A DNA stretch of 64,000 bases. Source: Octopus vulgaris (lineage: Eukaryota). Made by a program: the position numbers and the translations under genes. The DNA is taken from the NCBI GenBank assembly GCA_951406725.2, contig OX597833.1, forward strand, positions 60,140,001-60,204,000, written 5' to 3'. Positions 56,535 to 64,000 of the stretch are shown piece by piece (within the stretch, counting starts at the first letter, position 1; the number at the start of each line of letters is the position of its first letter). Under the pieces are notes generated by a model. That model was given only the letters and a program-made list of their open reading frames with translations, ran no database searches and had not been told where the DNA came from.

Positions 56535-56844
56535 TTGTGTGTCTGTTTGTCCCCCCAACATCGCTTGACAACCGATGCTGGTGTGTTTACGTTCCCGTCA
56601 CTTAGCGGTTCGGCAAAAGAGACCGATAGAATAAATACTGGGCTTACAAAGAATAAGTTCCGGGGTCGATTTGCTCGACTAAAGGCGGTGCTCCAGCATG
56701 GCCGCAGTCAAATGACTGAAACAAGTAAAAGAGTAAAAGAGTAATCAGAATCTACCCTATTTGAAAATATCATTAGAAATCCCTGTTTTCTTAAAATTTA
56801 AAAATCAAATTCGGGTCGAGGCACAGTTATGCAGGAATGCCTAC

Positions 56845-57481
56845 ATACATACACACATACAGATGTACGTACATACGTATGTACGTACGTACATACATAC
56901 ATACATACATACATACATACATACATACATACATACATACATGTATACATACATACATACATGTATACATACATACATACATACATACATACATACATAC
57001 ATACATACACACATACATACATGTATACATACATACATACATACATACATACATACATACATACATACATACATACATACATACATACATACATACATAC
57101 ATACATACATACATACATACATACATACATACATACATACATACATACATACATACATGTATACATACATACATACATACATACATACATACACACATAC
57201 ATACATGTATACATACATACACACATACATACATGTATACATACATACATACATACATACATACATACATACATACATACATACATACATACATACATAC
57301 ATACATACATACATACATACATACATACATACATACATACATACATACATACATGTATACATACATACATGTATACATACATACACACATACATACATGT
57401 ATACATACATACATGTATACATACATACACACATACATACATGTATACATACATACACACATACATACATACATACATACA

Positions 57482-57512
<31 letters not shown>
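56845..57512. repeat. (CATA)n microsatellite
   Basis: Direct reading. Confidence 0.95.
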
Positions 57513-57687
57513 CATAACATGGATCACACAGTTATCACTGAGAGATACTAAATCAACACCTATTGTTACGAACAGAATTAGGTTAGCAATGGGCATATTC
57601 CAGGCTGATAGTTTATCTGTAATTTTGTTTTGTACTGGCAGTGAATTCATTGAATGTATTGCTTGGCTACACAGAAAAGAAGATTAA

Positions 57688-57906
57688 CCCTTTAGTATTT
57701 AAACCAGCCATATCCGGCCAAAATGGTTAATCTGTTTTATGTTCAAACTGACCAGATCCAGGCTCTCACACCTACCCCACAATGTTATTCTACATTAAGT
57801 AATTACACCATCAAGATCTTGAAGATATGAGATAATGCATGATTAATTCAAATCAATGGGAATCAATTAGCATTATGTTTGATTGAATAATCTGAACACT
57901 AAAGGG
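57688..57906. mobile_element. piggyBac-like MITE with TTAA TSD
   Basis: TTAA-CCCTTTAGT...ACTAAAGGG-TTAA. Confidence 0.82.
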
Positions 57907-58011
57907 TTAAAATTACTCACACAGTTTTTGTTGAAGACCTAAATTTCTCTTCTGGCAAAGTGAAGAACAGCAAGTGACAATTAGACTAGTTACAACATTT
58001 TCGCGGGACAA

Positions 58012-58497
58012 CACCGTCCGAGCGTGGCCGTCTGCCAGCCTCGTCTGGCACCTGTGTCGGTGGCACATAAAAACACCATCCGAGCGTGGCCGTCTGCCAG
58101 CCTCGTCTGGCACCTGTGTCGGTGGCACATCAAAACACCATCCGAGCGTGGCCGTCTGCCAGCCTCGTCTGGCACCTGTGTCGGTGGCACATAAAAACAC
58201 CATCCGAGCGTGGCCGTCTGCCAGCCTCGTCTGGCACCTGTGTCGGTGGCACATAAAAACACCATCTGAGCGTGGCCGTTCGCCAGCCTCGTCTGGCACC
58301 TGTGTCGGTGGCACATAAAATCACCCACTACACTCTCGGAGTGGTTGGCGTTAGGAAGGGCATCCAGCTGTAGAAACACTGCCAGATCTGACTGGCCTGG
58401 TGCAGCCTTCGGGCTCCCCAGACCCCAGTTGAACCGTCCAACCCATGCTAGCATGGAAAGCGGACGTTAAACGATGATGATGATGATGATGATGATG
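58012..58497 (+). mobile_element. Family C SINE with five internal 62-bp tandem repeats
   Basis: Unit caccatccgagcgtggccgtctgccagcctcgtctggcacctgtgtcggtggcacataaaaa; (GAT)n tail. Confidence 0.85.
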
Positions 58498-58689
58498 AAT
58501 GGAATGGAAATTTTGCAAGACAAATGCTCGGCTGTGTGGTAAGTAGCTTGCTTACCAACCACATGGTTCCGGGTTCAGTCCCGCTGCGTGATACTTTGGG
58601 CAAGTGTCTTCTACTATAGCCTTGGGCCGACCAAAGCCTTGTGAGTGGATTTGGTAGACGGAAACTGAAAGAAGCCCGTCGTGTATATG

Positions 58690-58720
<31 letters not shown>

Positions 58721-59134
58721 CTGTGTTTGTCCCCCAACATCACTTGACAACCGATGCTGGTGTGTTTACGTTTCCGTAACTTAGCGGTTCGACAAAAGAG
58801 GCCGATAGAATAAGTACTAGGCTTACAAAAATAAGTCCTGGGGTCGATTTGTTCGACTAAAGGTGGTGCTCCAGCATGGCCACAGTCAAAAGACTGAAAC
58901 AATTAAAAGAGTAAAGAGTAAAAGAGTAATATATGATACTCATCGAGTAAAGATTGTTGACCAAACAAAGAACATAAACATCAATGGTTTCCCTCTCTCC
59001 CCTATCTCTAACGATGTAAACCGTAAGTATCTCGGAATCTTTGAGCATGTTGCTTTCATTGATGCTATGATTAAAGCCAGAATAGCATTACTCAGATAGT
59101 TTCGGCAAAGGTGTGTCACAACCGGTATGTATTA

Positions 59135-59732
59135 TAAGGTGGTGAGCTGGCAGAAACGTTAGCACACCGAGCGAAATGCTTAGCGGTATTTCGTCTGCCG
59201 CTACGTTCTGAGTTCAAATTCCGCCGAGGTCGACTTTGCCTTTCATCCTTTCGGGGTCGATTAAATAAGTACCAGTTACACACTGGGGTCGCATTAATCG
59301 ACTTAATCCGTTTGTCTGTCCTTGTTTGTCCCCTCTGTGTTTAGCCCCTTGTGGGTAGTAAAGAAATAGGTATTTCGTCTGCCGTTACATTTTGAGTTCA
59401 AATTCTGCCGAGGTCGACTTTGCCTTTCATCCTTTCGAGGTCGATTAAACAAGTACCAGTTACGTACTGGGGTTGCATTAATCAACTTAATCCGTTTGTC
59501 TGTCCTTGTTTGTCCCCTCTGTGTTTAGCCACTTGTGGGTAGTAAAGAAATAGGTTGTCTGTCTTTAAGTTCTGAGTTCAAATTCGGCTGAGGTCAACTT
59601 TGCCTTTCATCCTTTCGGGGTCAATTAAATAAATACCAGTTACGCACTGGGGTCACATTAATCGACTTAATCCGTTTGTCTGTCCTTGTTTGTCCCCTCT
59701 GTGTTTAGCCACTTGTGGGTAGTAAAGAAATA
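59135..59732 (+). mobile_element. tRNA-SINE family B trimer with 11-bp TSD
   Basis: TSD GGTATGTATTA at 59124-59134 and 59733-59743. Confidence 0.85.
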
Positions 59733-60526
59733 GGTATGTATTAACACCTTAAAAACAAGGAATACTGGTCGAATACTCCAATAAAACAGCAACCCGGTGC
59801 GTACGCCACAGACCTGATATTTTTCTATGGACAGGGAACAGAATTCTTTCAGTATTGTAGAGGTCAGCTGGCTAGCGGATATGAACGTACTGTCTCAGGA
59901 AAAAAGTGAAAGTTTATGGTAAACGAATGAGTAACTTACAGCACTTTGACTTGTTTCAGTCATTTGACTGCGGCCATGCTGGAGCACCGCCTTTAATCGA
60001 GCAACTCGACCCCGGGACTTATTCTTTGTAAGCCCAGTACTTATTCTATCTCGGTCTCTTTTGCTGAAACGCTAAGTGACGGGGACATAAACACACCAGC
60101 ATTGGTTGTCAAGCAATGCTAGGGGGACAAACACAGACACACAAACATACACACACACATATATATATATACATATACATATATACGACGGGCTTCTTTG
60201 AGTTTCCGTCTACCAAATCCACTCACAAGGCTTTGGTCGGCCCGAGGCTATAGTAGAAGACACTTGCCCAAGGTGCCATGCAGTGGGACTGAACCCAGAA
60301 CCATGTGGTTGGTAAACAAGCTACTTACCACACAGCCGCTCCTACGCAGATTTTCATTTGTCGCTAACACAATAGGAGCATTATGTTATGTATCTGCAGA
60401 ATTACACACACAAAAAAAAATATAGAAATACTTGGTTTTTTGAAGAAAGTGCAACAGAAATAGGCGCAGGAGTGGCTCTGTGGTAAGTAGCTTGCTAACC
60501 AACCACATGGTTCCGGGTTCAAACAT

Positions 60527-60765
60527 CTATCCATCCATCCATCCATCCATCCATCCATCCATTCATCCATCCATCCATCCATCCATCCATCCATTCATCC
60601 ATTCATCCATCCATCCATCCATCCATCCATCCATCCATCCATCCATTCATCCATCCATTCATCCATCCATCCATCCATTCATTCATCCATCCATCCATTC
60701 ATCCATCCATCCATCCATTCATCTATCCATCCATCCATCCATCCATCCATCAATTCATCCATCCA
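60527..60765. repeat. (CCAT)n microsatellite
   Basis: Direct reading. Confidence 0.95.
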
Positions 60766-61056
60766 TCGGGGAGATGTTGTGTAGTCATTATCATCCATCA
60801 AATGTGTAAAATGCGCTTCCTCTCGTGATTGTTTAAACAATTCCATTGTAAGAACCTTCTTTCATTTCACTCAGTGAGAAAAAGCAGACTGATATTTTCA
60901 GCAGTAAACCGTCATTCATTTCACCGCCTATAATTTATCTATTTATATAACCTCTTTGGATATTATGGAATTCCCGAGGTATATCCACTAGCAAGACAAT
61001 TTCCACTGTATGATGACATCAGGTAGCAATAAACTTGCTTTAAGAATAACATGGCG

Positions 61057-63385
61057 CCTTCCCTCGCTCTCACCCACGCAGCTGCATCTGTTCCTTCGCT
61101 CGTTCTCACTCACGCAGCTGCATCTGTTCCTTCCCTCGCTCTCACTCACGCAGCTGCATCTGTTCCTTCCCTCGCTCTCACTCACGCAGCTGCATCTGTT
61201 CCTTCCCTCGCTCTCACTCACGCAGCTGCACCTGTTCCTTTCCTCGCTCTCACCTATGCAGCTACACCTGTCCCTTCCCTCGCTTTCACTCACGCAGCTG
61301 CATCTCTTCCTTCCCTCGCTCTCACCTATGCAGCTACACCTGTCCCTTCCCTCGCTTTCACTCACGCAGCTGCATCTGTTTCTTCCCTCGCTCTCACCCA
61401 CGCAGCTGCATCTGTTCCTTCCCTCGCTCTCACTCACGCAGCTGCATCTGTTCCTTCCCTCGCTCTCACTCACGCAGCTGCATCTGTTCCTTCCCTCGCT
61501 CTCACTCACGCAGCTGCATCTGTTCCTTCCCTCGCTCTCACTCACGCAGCTGCATCTGTTCCTTCCCTCGCTCTCACTCACGCAGCTGCACCTGTTCCTT
61601 CCCTCGCTCTCACTCACGCAGCTGCATCTGTCCCTTCCCTCGCTCTCACTCACGCAGCTGCATCTGTTCCTTCCCTCGCTCTCACCCACGCAGCTGCATC
61701 TGTTTCTTCCCTCGCTCTCACCCACGCAGCTGCACCTGTTCCTTCCCTCGCTCTCACTCACGCAGCTGCACCTGTTCCTTCCCTCGCTCTCACCCACGCA
61801 GCTGCATCTGTTCCTTCCCTCGCTCTCACCCACGCAGCTGCATCTGTTCCTTCCCTCGCTCTCACTCACGCAGCTGCACCTGTTCCTTCCCTCGCTCTCA
61901 CTCACGCAGCTGCACCTGTCCCTTCCCTCGCTCTCACTCACGCAGCTGCATCTGTCCCTTCCCTCGCTCTCACCCACGCAGCTGCATCTGTTCCTTCCTC
62001 GCTCTCACCCACGCAACTGCACCTGTTCTTTCCCTCATTCTCACCCACGCAGCTGCACCTGTTCCTTCCTCGCTCGCACCCACGCAGCTGCATCTGTTCC
62101 TTCCCTCGCTCTCACTCACGCAGCTGCATCTGTTCCTTCCCTCGCTCTCACCCACGCAGCTGCATCTGTTCCTTCCCTCGCTCTCACTCATGCAGCTGCA
62201 TCTGTTTCTTCCCTCGCTCTCACCCACGCAGCTGCATCTGTTCCTTCCCTCGCTCTCACCCACGCAGCTGCATCTGTTCCTTCCCTCGCTCTCACCCAGC
62301 ATGCATCTGCTGCTCTCATCTGTTCCTTCCTCGCTCTCACCCATGCAGCTGCATCTGCTTCCCTCTCTCACCCACGCAGCTGCATGTTCCCTCCTCTCAC
62401 TCACGCAGCTGCACCTGTTTCCTTCCCTCGCTCTCACCCACGCAGCTGCACCTGTTCCTTCCCTCTGTTCTCTCCACCCACGCAGCTGCACTGTTCTTCC
62501 TCGCTCTCACCACGCAGCTGCACCTGTTCCTTCCCTCGCTCTCACCCACGCAGCTGCATCTGTTCCTTCCCTAGCTCTCACCCACGCAACTGCACCTGTT
62601 CTTTCCTCGCTCTCACCCACGCAGCTGTATCTGTTCCCTAGCTCTCACCCACGCAACTGCACCTGTTCTTTCCTCGCTCTCACCCATGCAGCTGCATCTG
62701 TTCCTTCCCTCGCTCTCACTCACGCAGCTGCACCTGTTCCTTCCCTCGCTCTCACCCACGCAGCTGCACCTGTTCCCTCGCTCTCACCCACGCAGCTGCA
62801 CCTGTTCCTTCCCTCGCTCTCACCCACGCAGCTGCATCTGTTTCTTTCCTCGCTCTCACTCACGCAGCTGCACCTGTTCCTTCCCTCGCTCTCACTCACG
62901 CAGCTGCATCTGTTTCTTCCCTCGCTCTCACCCACGCAGCTGTATCTGTTCCCTCGCTCTCACTCATGCAGCTGCATCTGTTTCTTCCCTCGCTCTCACC
63001 CACGCAGCTGCATCTATTCCTTCCCTCACTCTCACCCATGCAGCTGCACCTGTTCCTTCCCTCGCTCTCACTCACGCAGCTGCATCTGTTCCTTCCCTCA
63101 CTCTCACCCACGCAGCTGCATCTGTTCCTTCCCTCGCTCTCACCCATGCAGCTGCATCTGTTTCTTCCCTCGCTCTCACCCACGCAGCTGCATTTATTCC
63201 TTCCCTCACTCTCACCCATGCAGCTGCACCTGTTCCTTCCCTCGCTCTCACTCACGCAGCTGCATCTGTTCCTTCCCTCACTCTCACCCACGCAGCTGCA
63301 TCTGTTCCTTCCCTCGCTCTCACCCACGCAGCTGCATCTGTTCCTTCCCTCTCTCTCACCCATGCAGCTGCACCTGTTCCTTCCT
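61057..63385. repeat. 36-bp minisatellite, ~65 copies (CTTCCCTCGCTCTCACYCACGCAGCTGCAYCTGTTC)
   Basis: 12-aa periodicity in all long ORFs; stop-free unit. Confidence 0.95.
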
Positions 63386-63669
63386 CTGTAAGATCACAAT
63401 TTTCCTACATTTGCAGGATGAATGTGGACGGTGTTTAAGCAATAAATGAATAAATAAATATGAATAAATAAATAAAATGTAGACACAGAGTTTCAGGAGA
63501 CACAGAGGGGATTCAGGAGAGCTGTTGTTCGAGGGAGGGAGGAATAGGTGTGGTCAGCACAGGGCCAACAATTGGACACAATATAATAGTGGGGACAAGA
63601 GGATAGATGAATAAGTCATGTGGGCATAGGTGGAGGCGGCATGGTAAAAACAAGCATTGAGAAGTACAG

Positions 63670-63802
63670 GTGGTAGTAGTCGTAGTAGTAGTCGTAGTAG
63701 TAGTAGTAGTAGCAGCACCAACAGTAGTAGTAGCAGCAGCAGCAGTAGCAGTAGTAGTAGTAGTAGTAGTAGTAGTAGCAGCAGCAGCAGCAGCAGCAGT
63801 AC

Positions 63803-63853
<51 letters not shown>

Positions 63854-63912
63854 AAGCAGCAGCAGCAGCAGCAGCAACAGTAGTAGTATTAGTAGCAGTA
63901 GTAGTAGTAGTG
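63670..63912. repeat. (TAG/CAG)n microsatellite
   Basis: Direct reading. Confidence 0.95.
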
Positions 63913-64000
63913 GAAGGGGAGGGAAAAGCGGGACTGAAAGATAACGAAGAAGAATCTCTGTTTATATGGAAAGAGTGAACGAGAGAGGAAGGAGGAAAGA

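Larger units (their letters stand above)
57515..59134 (+). pseudogene. Old LINE RT remnant fragmented by nested insertions
   Basis: GIFQADSLSVILF (~57590) and KYLGI (~59025) RT motifs in the expected order, separated by a MITE and two SINEs. Confidence 0.6.

Noticed and set aside
58012-58321. Regular 62-bp repeats as a possible CRISPR array
   Set aside because: No unique spacers; these are internal tandem repeats of a SINE family

Overview
Eukaryotic, AT-rich, microsatellite- and retroelement-dense animal DNA. The SINE repertoire and huge (TA)n/(CAT)n/(AAT)n/(CATA)n tracts point to an octopus/cephalopod genome; this is an inference. Almost all ORFs in the supplied track are microsatellite artefacts. 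Two real spliced genes can be reconstructed by eye. (1) A + strand two-exon gene (41763-41813 joined to 44913-46400, ~512 aa) encodes a TPR protein with motif-by-motif resemblance to vertebrate antiviral IFIT proteins and the IFIT-type tiny-exon-1/large-exon-2 layout. (2) The first three coding exons of a - strand gene for a secreted protein (15341-15348, 3116-3279, 507-624) follow a TATA box, and the gene continues off the left edge. The rest is decayed Tc1 transposons, R4/Dong-, HERO- and RTE-type LINE fragments, several tRNA-SINE families, Helitron and MITE copies, a ~3.3-kb tandem duplication and minisatellites. It also holds a dense set of Penelope-type minimal hammerhead ribozymes, including a tRNA-headed SINE-like element with a hammerhead tail, an inverted 5' tail duplication and an 11-bp TSD.
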